A stretch of 63,746 nt of DNA, the filler included, from Patellaria atrata CBS 101060 (Eukaryota): NCBI GenBank assembly GCA_010093705.1. It is 31 parts of 31 records of this genome, joined end to end, with 100 filler letters (N's around TTAATTAATTAA, not from the genome) between each part and the next. Parts side by side here need not be neighbours in the genome. Positions count along the whole stretch, not along the records: positions 1 to 2,889 come from MU006172.1; positions 2,990 to 5,689 come from MU006173.1; positions 5,790 to 8,512 come from MU006174.1; positions 8,613 to 11,330 come from MU006175.1; positions 11,431 to 13,852 come from MU006176.1; 26 more parts are not named here. One strand, 5' to 3'. Shown piece by piece: positions 1 to 11,787 of the stretch. The notes below the pieces were generated by a model. The model made no database searches. It worked only from the letters and a program-made list of their open reading frames with translations, and had not been told where the DNA came from. Both the position numbers and the translations under genes were made by a program. How positions within the stretch are numbered: position 1 is the first letter of the stretch; each line of letters opens with the position of its first letter.

Positions 1-954
1 AAAACGTCCAGCAAGTCGTGTCTCTCACGGCTTCCCAAACTAGCATCAATCATCGTTCCCTTTCCCCCTTCCCCCACAAAGTATCCTTGGGATTTAGGAA
101 GGAACTCTTTTTATTTTGCACCCACTTACCTTGTCGATTATCACGAAGTCCAACAAGTTTTTATAGGTTTATTTTTCAAAGCGGTATTGCAGCAAGTGAA
201 GACTATTTGAGTGGGAACTTTGATGCCCCCACGCTGACTGAGGTGTCAAAGCCTCATTCGTGCAACGCACACTACAGAATGGACCTTTACTTCTGCAACT
301 TGTATGATTTGGAAACTTTGACGTGTGTGTTGTCTCGGACATAGCTGCGCCCTTCCCCCCCCCCGGCCCTCCCCTGGCCGACCTGATCGGGATTGTTGGC
401 TTTTGGAGGTGAGAGTTTGCACTTGCTGATATTCTTTTCGTGGCTTCTTGTCACTGGAAGGTGCAAGGTGGGAGGGTCGAAGGTTCTTAAAAAGGGAATG
501 CTATGCACGTGCACTTTCCCCTTATTCTTTTTACCCCTTTGCCAGCCCGAAAATGCGTTTTGATCAATGACAATCACAAGCCAAAGATTGAAAGCAAGTT
601 TGGGTGAATTTAACCCAACTGGACCCTGGACTCTTGAACTATCCATAAATCTATGAGTCTTTGATTTTTGCCCTGGGATTGCACTTTCTTTACTTGAATC
701 GGCCTCTTGCACATTCTATAACTACTTCCTTCCCTCTTCGCTCAAACTGTTCCATCATTTTGACGAAACCACGTGTAATCTACCACTACCCACCTCTACC
801 CCAGAAACCTACCTAGATATTTGGACTTCACTCTTTCCTGCCTCGATCTGGACATTGAACATCACAGCTCCTCTTGCGACTTGTCGTTCAATGACTAGGA
901 GCCTTCTCTGCGCAAACACCATTCCCACTTCCGCGCGCAGATCGATGAGCAGTC

Positions 955-2150
955 ATGGCCTGCTTCATGTCCGCTGGCAGCTCGCCATTCTCTATCCCAC
1001 ATGAGGATATCGAAGCTCTTTGCACCTCTCGTGGTTTCCAAATCATTCGCAACTATCTTGCGAGCAATGCTGAGAATGCGTGAGTTTCTCCAACCTCCAT
1101 TCTACGATCAGCGTCATGTCAGACTGAACTCAAGGAGCTAACCTTAGATTGCATACAGCTTCTGCGCAGAACACCATGATTGCGATGATGAGCGGAAGCA
1201 GACATGGCTCCTCCAACGCGATATCCTGCATGCCATGATCATGCCCATCGTGCAGTTGTTCAACCGGGCTTCGGCACTTGCCGAAGCCGCTCTCTGCTCT
1301 TCCAGGCCCGAGGATCTCGAACTCGCTTTCAGGGAAGACGCGAGGAGCGCTTTTCTATGGCTTCAATGCTTCATCGCCGACGAGAACGACTGGTGCAACA
1401 CACGTGGCTGTCCAGGTACGCATACCCACCCCACCACTACCTCCTCAACTCCCTTTTCTTCCCCCCTCCCCAAAACTTCGTGAACAACCTTCCAACTAAC
1501 GCCTACTTCTCATCATAGCCTGCACCACCCTCGAAACCCTGACGACAGACCCGCACATCCGACTCGCCATAACCGCCGCCCTCCTCTCCGAGCACCCCTC
1601 TCCCTCCTCCCTAACCCTACCCCCCTTCTCCTTCTTCCTACCCACCGTCGCCACAGCCCTCGCAGCCGACCCCTTCTGGGGCTCCCACGCCTTCGGCCCG
1701 CTCCTCGACCGCGCCGCCCTCCTCGCCGCAGGCATCCAAACCATGATCGCGCAGTGCGCCCAGCTCGAAGCCCTCGTCACAACCCCCACCCTCAGCCCCG
1801 TCGAGCCCGACGCCGAGCCCGTCCCTGTGCTCCCGCTTCCCCACCAGGCGACCACCTTCGACGACGTCGCTGCTACTAGACGCCAGCGCTTGCTCACGCC
1901 CGCTACTACGGGCGCCGTCGGCACTGGTATCGGGATGAAGGTCCGCAAAGGCCGTATGGCGAAGCGACAGCTTAGGCTTCGCACCGAGGAGCAGGAGATG
2001 GCTGCGAGGATCGTTTGGCAGTGCTGGGGGAGGGTTGCGCTTAGTGGTGCTTTGAACGCGGAGCAGAAGAGCGCGGTGAAGAGTTTCGGGAGTATGAGGG
2101 GGAGGGGTGGGGGGAGGACGTCGGGTCATAAGCGGGCTTTGAGTCTTTAG
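955..2150 (+). CDS. Fungal hypothetical protein, 3 exons (955-1079, 1159-1415, 1519-2150)
   Basis: Donors GTGAGT (1080) and GTACGC (1416), CTAAC branch points and YAG acceptors join the track ORFs 1235 and 1743 into one frame: MACFMS...FCAEHHDCDDERKQTWLLQRDILHAMIMPIVQLF...WCNTRGCPACTTLETL...DPFWG...KRALSL*. Confidence 0.8.
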
Positions 2151-2715
2151 GTGTCGTTGGAATGAAAAGGGGAAAGTAGGTGGAAAAATTGGAAAGAAAA
2201 AAAAAAAATTTTTAAAAAAAAGGACGGGTATATTGGCACTATGATACCCCCCAATAATAAAACTTCCCGAGCAGGGTTTCTCTTTTCTTTATCGTAGCGG
2301 ATCGGAGCACGAGCATAGGCCATTTTCGGACGGAACGGGACGGGATGGGATGGGATGGGATGGAGAGATAACAGACAGATACAGATACAGAGAGATACCC
2401 CTAGATCACACACTTACCTAGATAGATACCCCCTTGCGTCGAATGCGATTTTTCGTTTGTAGATAACAGTCAGTGGGTGTTTCGTGATCCGTGTGATTCT
2501 TGATTTCTTCTGACTTGGACCCGATGTTTTTGATCTAAACTCGGTTCACAGAGGGTATGGAGACCATACGAAGCCCGTCTTTACATCTGTCGCTATTTCG
2601 CGTCATCGGGCATGCCATACCATGCCAACGAAGCTCTAACATGTTTCACTCCATCATCTCCACCATCCCCCTTGAACCCTCATATCATCCCCATCCCCAT
2701 CTCCTCTTCCCTTCC

Positions 2716-2805
2716 CTCCTCCCTTCTCTCCTCCCTTCTCTCCTCCCTTCTCTCCTCCCTTCTCTCCTCCCTTCTCTCCTCCCTTCTCTCCTCCCTTCTC
2801 TCCTC
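2716..2805. repeat. 12-bp tandem repeat (CTCCTCCCTTCT) x7 plus a partial copy
   Basis: Read directly. It explains the LLPS/SSLL repeat ORFs in the track. Confidence 0.95.
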
Positions 2806-2889
2806 TCTCCTCTCCCATCCTCTAATTAGGTTAGGATATCAACCTCTTTGATAAAGATAATGTGGCATAATGTGGCTTTGCCGTGGTGG

Positions 2890-2989
2890 NNNNNNNNNNN
2901 NNNNNNNNNNNNNNNNNNNNNNNNNNNNNNNNNTTAATTAATTAANNNNNNNNNNNNNNNNNNNNNNNNNNNNNNNNNNNNNNNNNNNN
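2890..2989. other. Artificial contig spacer N44-TTAATTAATTAA-N44 (first of 30)
   Basis: The identical 100-nt block with stops in all six frames recurs at 5690, 8513, 11331, 13853, 16321, 18724, 21069, 23247, 25433, 27598, 29708, 31836, 33885, 35796, 37702, 39604, 41483, 43342, 45137, 46986, 48831, 50670, 52459, 54239, 55852, 57465, 59056, 60641 and 62169. Segment sizes fall roughly steadily along the window. Confidence 0.97.
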
Positions 2990-5689
2990 TTTTATTAAAA
3001 TTTAAAGAAAAAAGTAAAAAATAAATAAATTTATTATAAAAGATTAATAATTATATAAAATATAATAATTAAAATAATTAAAATAGATAATAAATTATAT
3101 AAATATAAATAAAAAAAAAGAGGATAAAAGAATATTATAATTAAATATAAAAAGAAAATAATAAAAATTATAAATAAATAAAATTAAAAAAATTTAATAA
3201 ATTTTAATTAATTATAATAGATAAAATAAAAGAAATTAAAAAAATAATAATAATTTATTTAAAAAAAAAAGAAATATTTTATAAATAAAATATATTTATA
3301 ATATAAAGAAATAAGATATTTTAAAAAAGATTATCTATAAAAAATATAATTATTATTATAATATAATTAATATATATAATTTAGAATTATATATTTAATA
3401 TTATTATTATTAATTTTATTATTAGAAAAGAAAAAAATTAAAAAAATATTATTATCTTATTAAATAAAAATAAATAAATTATTAATATTATTTTTAATAA
3501 TAGAAAATTAGTTAAAAAAGAAAATATTTAAATAATATTTAAATTATTAATAATATTAAATATATAGAAATATATATATATATATAATATTAAAATATTT
3601 AATATAAAATTAAGATTAAAGAATTAAAATATAAATATTTAATAAACTAAATTTTATATACTAAATTATAAAATAATAATATTAATTTAAATAGAAATTT
3701 TAAGATTAAAAGTTAATTAAATCTAAATTTAATAATAATATAATTATTAAAGAATAATAATTAAATTTTATATTAAAAGTAAAAAATTATTTAATCTTTT
3801 AATAAATATAATATAAAGAAAATAATTATTTATATTATAAATAATAGAAAATTATAATAAAATTTAAAGATTAAAACTTTATTTATATATATTTATTTAA
3901 AGATAAATATTAGATAAAAAAGTATAAAATTTATAAAAACGAAATAAAAGTATTTAAAAAAAATTAAAAACTTAAATTATTAATAAATAATTATAGAAAA
4001 TATAATAGTTTTAATTATATAAATAAATTTAAATATAAATAATATTTTTAAATATTAATTTATATAAAATATATAATAATAATATAAATAGATTATAAAT
4101 ATAATATAAATTATTAATACTATAAAAATTTAAAAGAAAAATTTTATAAAAGAAAAATATTTCTATAAAAAATAAAAATATTTTAAAATAATAAAAAAAT
4201 ATTTAAATATATTATTAAATATAACGCGATAAACTTTAAATAATACGCGATTAAAGAAATATAATATAATTATTATATTATATAAAGATAAAAAATAGAA
4301 ATTAAAAATAATCTAAATTATAATATAATTATTAAATAAGAATATTAAGAATTAAAATATAAAAAATATTATAAAAATTTATATTATAATTAATATAATA
4401 AATTATATTAAATTATATATATAAAGTTTAATTATTTAATATATAATTATATAAAAAACTATTAAATTACTTAAAATAGAAATAATTAAAAAATATAGTT
4501 TTTAAGTTTCTTAAAATTTTATAAAATAATAATAAAATATTTTAAATAAATATTATTATATATAATAAGAGAATAATAATATTAATTAATAATAATATTA
4601 TTAATTTATTTATTTTATCTTAATAAATAGAAAAGAAAAGTATATTTTATATAAAATTTAAGAATTTAATTTTATTATAATTAAGAAATAATAAAGAAAT
4701 AAAATATAAATAAAATTTAATTAATTTTAAAACTATATTAATAAAAGTTAATATATAAAAAAAGATAATTATTTAATATATTTTTATAATTAATTTAGAA
4801 AATATAAATATAATTTTAAAGATAAATTAATTATAAATAATAAATTTAAATATTAATTAAAAAATAAGAAATATTTAAATTAATCGAGATATTTTATAAA
4901 AAAATAAAGTTAAATAAATAAATATTAATATATTTATAAAATATATTTTATATTATAAAATAATAAAGATTTATAGAAATAAATTTAAAAGTATAAAAGT
5001 AATATAATTTAGAAAAGTAAATATTAAAAAAATTTTTAAAGAATCTAAAATATTTAAAAAATATAATAAATTTAAAGATTTATTTAAAAAAGATATAATA
5101 ATTATACTTTTAAATTATTAAATATAGAATTATAAAATAATATTAAAGAAAAATATAAAATTATAATTTAATTTAATTTATTTATTAATAAAAGAATAAT
5201 ATAAAATATTTAAAAAATATATTTATATTAATTTAAAAAAGAGATATATATAATTTAATAAAAATTTAATAGCTTTATTAATTCTATTTATATTTAAGAA
5301 AAATAATAAGCTAAAATTATATATTAATTATAAATAATTAAATAATATTATAATTAAAAATAAATATTTATTATTCTTAATCTTAAAAATTTAAGATAAA
5401 TTATAAAAAGTAAAATAGTTTATAAAATTTAATATTTAAAAAGATTACTATTAAATTAAAATAAAAAAAGACGAAAAATAAAAGATAATTATAAAAATAA
5501 AATTTAAATTATATAAATATATAATAATATTATTTAATTTAATTAATATTTTAATAATATTTTAAATAATAATTAATTATATATTAAAAGAATATTTAAA
5601 TATATTTATAATTATTTATTTAAATAATATACTAATATATATAAATAAAATATTTAAAGAATATAAAAAGTATATAAAGAAAATATTAA
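2990..5689 (+). mobile_element. Gypsy family B, heavily RIP-mutated gag-protease-RT
   Basis: Allowing C>T and G>A, 3293-3334 (tat tta taa tat aaa gaa ata aga tat ttt aaa aaa gat tat) has CX2CX4HX4C spacing. About 5270-5640 reads as PILFVPKK..LRLCVDYRQLN..MPFGLTNAP..YLDDILIY (5617-5640). Confidence 0.85.
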
Positions 5690-5876
5690 NNNNNNNNNNN
5701 NNNNNNNNNNNNNNNNNNNNNNNNNNNNNNNNNTTAATTAATTAANNNNNNNNNNNNNNNNNNNNNNNNNNNNNNNNNNNNNNNNNNNNAAGACCTCTTG
5801 GTCAATCCGAGAAACCGTCGTCAATCATCAAAATATGATACAAGAAGCGTAAAATTCAGAAGCAAGTGATCGTAAA

Positions 5877-7092
5877 TCAGGGTATAGTACTGAAGAAGGA
5901 AACGTAAGGAGGTCCGTCTACGGGGCTCGAGAGCTGTGACATGGAGGCGTGTGAGAAAGCCGGAGTCGGAACGTGAACGACAGGGTCGTTAATAGGCATG
6001 ATTTCAGCCCATTTTCTAGCACAATGCTTTGGAGACCATTTCTCGGAAGCGCCGAATTCTAGCATCTTTTTTGTATTAGCAGGCAGGTCATGGAAGAAAT
6101 CCATGCATCGTTACATACCTTTTGGCTGATGATTTCAAACTTGCTACGCTCCCAGTAATCGTGGGCCAGACGAAGAGCGGTAACATCAATTTCGGACCAG
6201 ACTCGTAGACGCTCTCGTAGTCTCTTGTATCGCATCTGTAGAGCGGGAACTTGGAAGGTCTTGCCTAATTCACTGTGGAACCTTGCAGCGATGTCCTTCC
6301 ATGGAAGGCTCTCGTCGTCCTTGAGTTTGAAGAGTAACTTGTCTTCCTCTCCAATTTCAACGGGTAATGCAGATGATGATGATCTTTTCCTTCGTTTTGC
6401 AGAGCCTTCTGACGTCTCCTCTTCCTCACGTGGTCTTTTCCCTTCATTCATTTTCACAAGCCCGGCTGGGTTAGGAGCAATAGGTGCATAAGGCCTACGA
6501 GGTGTGGGAGCCCTCACATCTGCAATGCCTCCTCCGAGATGCTCATAACGGGGACTCATTGCTCTGCTTGGTGGATAAGTTGGACCAGTGAAGTAGCCGT
6601 CGTCGATGCTCGGGTGGGATATCCTTAATGGATTACTCGTCCAAAGGAGTTCGTCTTGACTTGGACCAAAGGTGCTTGGACTGCTTCGTGGTCTTGATGG
6701 TACGTTTGGGTCAAAGCCAGTAAAGTTGAATAGGGATGCTGATTCCAACTTGATGAATCCGGGTTGTGGCACAGGTGAGTACTCAGCCATAGAAGAAGTA
6801 TGTGGAGTTAGATAGGGATTGTCGATGTGGAAAGGATTGTATGTTGTCTGCAAAAGGAAATATGTTAGTATGCAGTAAGAAGGATAAGGTAAAAGGATGA
6901 GAGGTTGGTAGTGTCCGGACTCCGTGGGCAATGGGGGTTGTGCGGGATGCCTTATGAACATACAGTGCTGGGGAGGCTTGGTTGCACGATCCATTCCGAG
7001 CTAACAGGTCCAACGCTCAAACTCCCCGCGGCAGGCTGTAGGGCTGTCGAGACATCCGCAGCGGATACGAATAAAAGGTCCTCTTGTGACAT
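5877..7092 (-). CDS. Myb/SANT-like (helix-turn-helix) putative DNA-binding protein; exons about 7092-6964, 6847-6119, 6065-5877
   Basis: Contains EEDKLLFKLKDDESLPWKDIAARF...QVPALQMRYKRLR, then a second W-rich helical repeat (KFEIISQK|MLEFG...CARKW) and a basic NLS-like KRRKR. GTATGT donors lie at 6963 and 6118 with CTAAC/CTAAT branch points. The start codon is inferred. Confidence 0.72.
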
Positions 7093-8612
7093 GACGGGCG
7101 TGAAGGTTGAAGTCGAAGTGATACGCGGATCAAACTGACTGGAGGAGAGTTCGCGACTGATACCAGTTCGACACGGGATGATGCTCGAAGAGGTGCTGTT
7201 GATAATGTATCAAAATCCCCACGACCATCTTTGAATCCAGATCGCCGGATGGACGAGGTAGATAAAGGTGTTTCTGGAACGGCACAGAAACATGAAACAC
7301 AGCTAGAAAGCATGACATATTTTAGGACAGGCTCAGAATAGAGCTCTGGGTATGAGGGTAACGGCAATAGACCGTTGATGCTTCATGCAGGCGTACCTAG
7401 CTGCTTTTTTTTTTCTTGGGGTGTGCTTTGACGCTTTGACAGTTAGCTAGGCTGAAGAGACATGTATACAAAGATAGAAAGACAACTGATCCTAGGCGGG
7501 TACGTCCCCAAGGTTCTTCGAGGGCTTTTGTTAACCCTCCAAGAGACAAGGGTTAGTTCATGCACTTACGCGCCGGATCCTTCCCGTTCTCTGAGCCAGC
7601 ATCAGCACCAGCACCCAGGCACGGTTGAGCCTCTTTTGGGTCGCTGGCTTCCGTTAACCAATCGTCAACTCATCCGAAAGCAGTCGAACAACTCGAACCA
7701 CCAGAACTGGAGAAAAAGGCGTCCCCGTTCGTGACTCTATCGACCTCCACCATGCACGTCTCTTCGTCCTTCCGTAGATCGAATTGTACGTACTTGTAAC
7801 CAAAAATGCTCAGATATTCCAAATCTGTTGCGATCTTTCTGTAGGGGAGGGGGTACTAGTACGGTCCGGTACAAGGGAACAGTATACGCGAGGGAGTAGA
7901 GTTAAAATCAAACAGGAAAAAAAGCCAGCAGCAGGACAATTACAGTGACTTTTCATGTTCATTCTAGGTAGAACTTGCAAAGTACTGTACAGTACAGTAC
8001 AGCACACAGTCACGCAAGGAGTGATTAATGCATCATATTTTGACAGCGGTCTGAGCTCTTTCACTTGCTCACTCGCTCGCTCTCTCGCACACTTTCGCGG
8101 CAGTCGAAGCGGGGGATCTCTTGGCCGCCTAGGTAGCAGGGCATACGCTTTCGTGTATTTTTTTTCGCATGCGTGTAGGCTTTAAGGAAAGGATTCGAGT
8201 GGTCCCAAGCGGGGGGGAGGACCGAGTGTACAAGCTCTGAACAAGCTTGCCCTCATAGGCCTTTGTCATTTTGCTTCCGGCACAACGGTCTTCTTACTCC
8301 TAGATCTGGTTTCTGGAGATTGGTATGGATGGATATTGCGGCTATGTGGGCATGCCATAAGTGGGGAGAACCCCATGCCTGCAAGCAATCGTGGGTTCTT
8401 ACCTTGCTGAAGGATTCTCAACCCTGAATGTCTGAGAGTCTGCCTCGCAGCAAGGGCAGAAATCCATCAAATCATTTCGGCTCTGCAACGTGACCTAGAG
8501 GTGATGAGGGGGNNNNNNNNNNNNNNNNNNNNNNNNNNNNNNNNNNNNNNNNNNNNTTAATTAATTAANNNNNNNNNNNNNNNNNNNNNNNNNNNNNNNN
8601 NNNNNNNNNNNN

Positions 8613-9329
8613 CGCATCGCCTCGAGCGCGCGAACCAGCACCTCCGACCTCTCCCGCAGCCCCGACACCGTCATCCCCGCCATAGCCCCGAGCATGAAAG
8701 TCCACGCGCGCACCGAGACCCTAAGCGACATCGGCAGCGCCTTCAGCGTCAGCTACAACAAAGCCGTCACGTCTTCCTCCTCGCTTCTCCCCAGCCGACC
8801 CGTCTCGTCCACGAGGCCGGTGTTACGGTTAACCCTCGATCCTGCCGCGGGCGACTGCACTACACCGGCGGAGAAAACACCGCGCGCCCGGCTGTCGGCG
8901 TGGTTGCGGCGCTCGCTCCCTTCGTCCCCCGCTCACCCGAATCCGCCTGTGCCGTTCTACCAGTGCGCACCTATCCCCTCCCAGCGTCCAGCTACCGCCA
9001 CCACGACGGCGAGCCAGGCTCAAGCGCTGACTTCGAACCCGCCTACTCCGCCTTTCTCAAGCGAGTGGCATCGCCGTACACGCACGAGCTTCTCGACGAT
9101 CACGACGACGACGCTCGAGGAGGTCGAGGAGCCGGCTAGTCCGAGCTATACTGAGGCTACTGGGTTGGGGGGTGTGGTGTGGGGGAAGGAAGGGGTGTCT
9201 GTGGGAGATGGGGGGAGGTTGAGGGAGGTTGGGATTGGGATAAGGAAGGAGGGGGATATGCCCCCTAGGTATCAGGTTGTGGATCCGCATCCTAATAGTC
9301 CGAGGGGAGTTATCGGTGTCGCTTTCTAA
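8613..9329 (+). CDS. 5'-truncated Ser/Thr/Pro-rich hypothetical protein with C-terminal PY motif
   Basis: The frame is open from the contig edge through track ORF 8694-9329, with coding-like GC3 bias. It ends ...SPSYTEATG...MPPRYQVVDPHP... Confidence 0.6.
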   Translation, partial: RIASSARTSTSDLSRSPDTVIPAIAPSMKVHARTETLSDIGSAFSVSYNKAVTSSSSLLPSRPVSSTRPVLRLTLDPAAGDCTTPAEKTPRARLSAWLRRSLPSSPAHPNPPVPFYQCAPIPSQRPATATTTASQAQALTSNPPTPPFSSEWHRRTRTSFSTITTTTLEEVEEPASPSYTEATGLGGVVWGKEGVSVGDGGRLREVGIGIRKEGDMPPRYQVVDPHPNSPRGVIGVAF

Positions 9330-11190
9330 ATCGGAGTGTGTAGCGGTTTTTGATGTGTTTTGTTGGATTAGTTGTTGGTTTGATAGGGGGGGTTTGGGTA
9401 AAAGGTTGGTGGGAAAAGGGTGGTAGGTCAAAGGTTTGGGGGATGGGATGGGATGCGGTGGTTTATGTGCGCTTTCCCTTTTAATTTTCTTTAAGGCTTA
9501 TACCCATGATTGATACTGTTTTGTTTTATTGTTATAAGTGCGCTGTGCACCAGTCGTGGATATCGCGTAGGATGTTTAATCATTTTATCTTTTTTTACTT
9601 TCTTGAACGTGGTGGGAGGGTGTGTGAATATGGTCGATGTGTGCTATATACGGTAAAGTATGAACAATACGTCTTCGAGGGTTGCGCCGAGGGTATGTTT
9701 CTCGGATTTGGGTCGGTATGAGATGCTGTATCGCAACGGGAATCAGACTCCCATACTCCCTCCACGGCATTCTCGATCCTAAACACCTCTACCGACTCAA
9801 TCTCCTCCACCTTACCGATCCACGCACGTCTACGAACGGCATGTTAACGGTTGGGTACTTACAACAGACACGTACGCTTCTGCCTTTTGAGGTGTGCTAT
9901 GATTTGGATATCGTGTCTTATATACATCCCCGGGTTAACGGCGTTATTTCTAAGATGTCGTGTCCCTGCATATAGTCAGAGTCTGTCTAGACGGTCTTAT
10001 GGTGAGAGTATTAAGATCGAGATGCTCCGATCCTGGGGACAGTAGGTTAAAGATGCGAAAGATGGAGAGGGAGATGTATACGATGGGGATCTCCATATGC
10101 GAATTAAAAAAAAAAGAGGTAAAATTGCAAATGGTATCTCTGACTCCTAAATCCTACCAATCTCAGGCCAAACAAAAAAACTAATAATATAAAATCCCCA
10201 AAATCCTCAAAAACCGGATAATCCCGCCGCCGCCAGCGCCGACCCATACCCATCCGTCCAAGCGATCGATCCGAAAACCCGTCGATCGTCAGAATGCAAA
10301 AAAGAAGACCATTATATCCCGAATGCAATACCCGTTCCGACTTCGTCCCCCCTCGCCGACGCAATGCAGACATACCAAGCTAATGCTATATACCCGATAC
10401 CTAATGCTCTAACGAAACCAAACGCAGAGGGTAATATGTCAAAGGAAAAACGAAAACAAGGGGAAAATACCGATATGTGGGGCAGACAGGATGAGGAAGA
10501 GTGATGACGCGTGCGGTGATGACGGAAGAATACGAGTGGGGTATACGCGTTCGAACTTGCGTCCAAAGCGTCGGGAACTCACAATGCAAATACGAGAATA
10601 GAAAGCTAGAAACATACAAGAGAGTGTGAAAAAGATTTCTGAGAGACGCCGCGTAATGCTACAACATCCAAGCCCACCGACCAAAGGACGCCCCGTGCCA
10701 TAATAGTGGTATCATATGCTGGAATACATGATGCTAAGTAGTAAATATGCGAATCGATGATGATGCGACAGAGAAAATGACCGAGGTGGATGACTCCTGC
10801 AACTGTGTAGATGATCGGGAAACTCGTTTGAGTCCGAAGTGGTACGGACTGTCAAACGACGGCAAAGTCCCGTGAGGTGTTGGAGAATGCTTGGTATCCT
10901 GAACCATAAGGCCCTTGAAATACTTTTGGGTGGTACAAAGTGACGTGAGAGATATGATCCGGAACAAGCGAAGTGGTGTGCACCAGATAGGTGTAAGAGA
11001 GAGGATAAGTACACTGCACAGTACTGTATAGTATAAGCACCTAACCCAGGTACCTAGGGCTGACCAGGTGAATGATGCTGAAGGAGTTTCCATAGAGGAA
11101 GTCCCGCTGTGTTGTCGTGAAAGTCTGTACAGTGACAGAAAGATACAGATATAGTGAGTACCTTAGATGTTGGTGATTGCTGTATATATT

Positions 11191-11330
11191 GAATATGTGG
11201 AATATGAGGAATACGTGGAATACGTGGAATACGTAGAATATGTGGAATATGTGGAATATGTGGAATATGTGGAATATGTGGAATATGTGGAATATGTGGA
11301 ATATGTGGAATATGTGGAATATGTGGAATA
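11191..11330. repeat. 9-bp tandem repeat (GAATATGTG)n, about 15 copies, running into the contig end
   Basis: Read directly. Variant units such as GAATACGTG occur near the start. Confidence 0.95.
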
Positions 11331-11525
11331 NNNNNNNNNNNNNNNNNNNNNNNNNNNNNNNNNNNNNNNNNNNNTTAATTAATTAANNNNNNNNNNNNNN
11401 NNNNNNNNNNNNNNNNNNNNNNNNNNNNNNTTTTAATAATTAATTATATTAAATAAAAAGTTAAATATATTTTTAAATTTATTTAATTTTATTTTAATAA
11501 ATATAAACTTTTATTATAATAAATA

Positions 11526-11787
11526 TATTATAATATTAATTTTATATTTTCTATATTAAATATTTAGTTTATTTATAAAAAATCTTTATTAAATTAAATA
11601 TAAAAAAGATCTTTAAATATTAATTAATTAAATAAAAGATAATTAAATTAAAATTTAATAAAATAAAATTATTATATATAAATATTTAATTTATAATATT
11701 ATTATTTCTTAATTTAATCTTTATATTTAATAGTTAATAATAAAGATAATTAAAATATAATTATTATAATTATATTATATTATTATA
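11526..11787 (+). mobile_element. Gypsy family A LTR, heavily mutated copy
   Basis: Collinear with the reverse complement of 13556-13817, differing by C>T and G>A. Confidence 0.85.

Noticed and set aside
2557..2851. ORFs with LLPS or SSLL repeats
   Set aside because: By-products of a stop-free 12-bp pyrimidine tandem repeat.
2934..2945. Regularly recurring TTAATTAATTAA as a biological repeat or CRISPR-like array
   Set aside because: It is always centred in 44+44 Ns, so it is an assembly linker with six-frame stops.
11167..11382. (EYV)n ORF
   Set aside because: Translation of a 9-bp minisatellite that runs into the N spacer.
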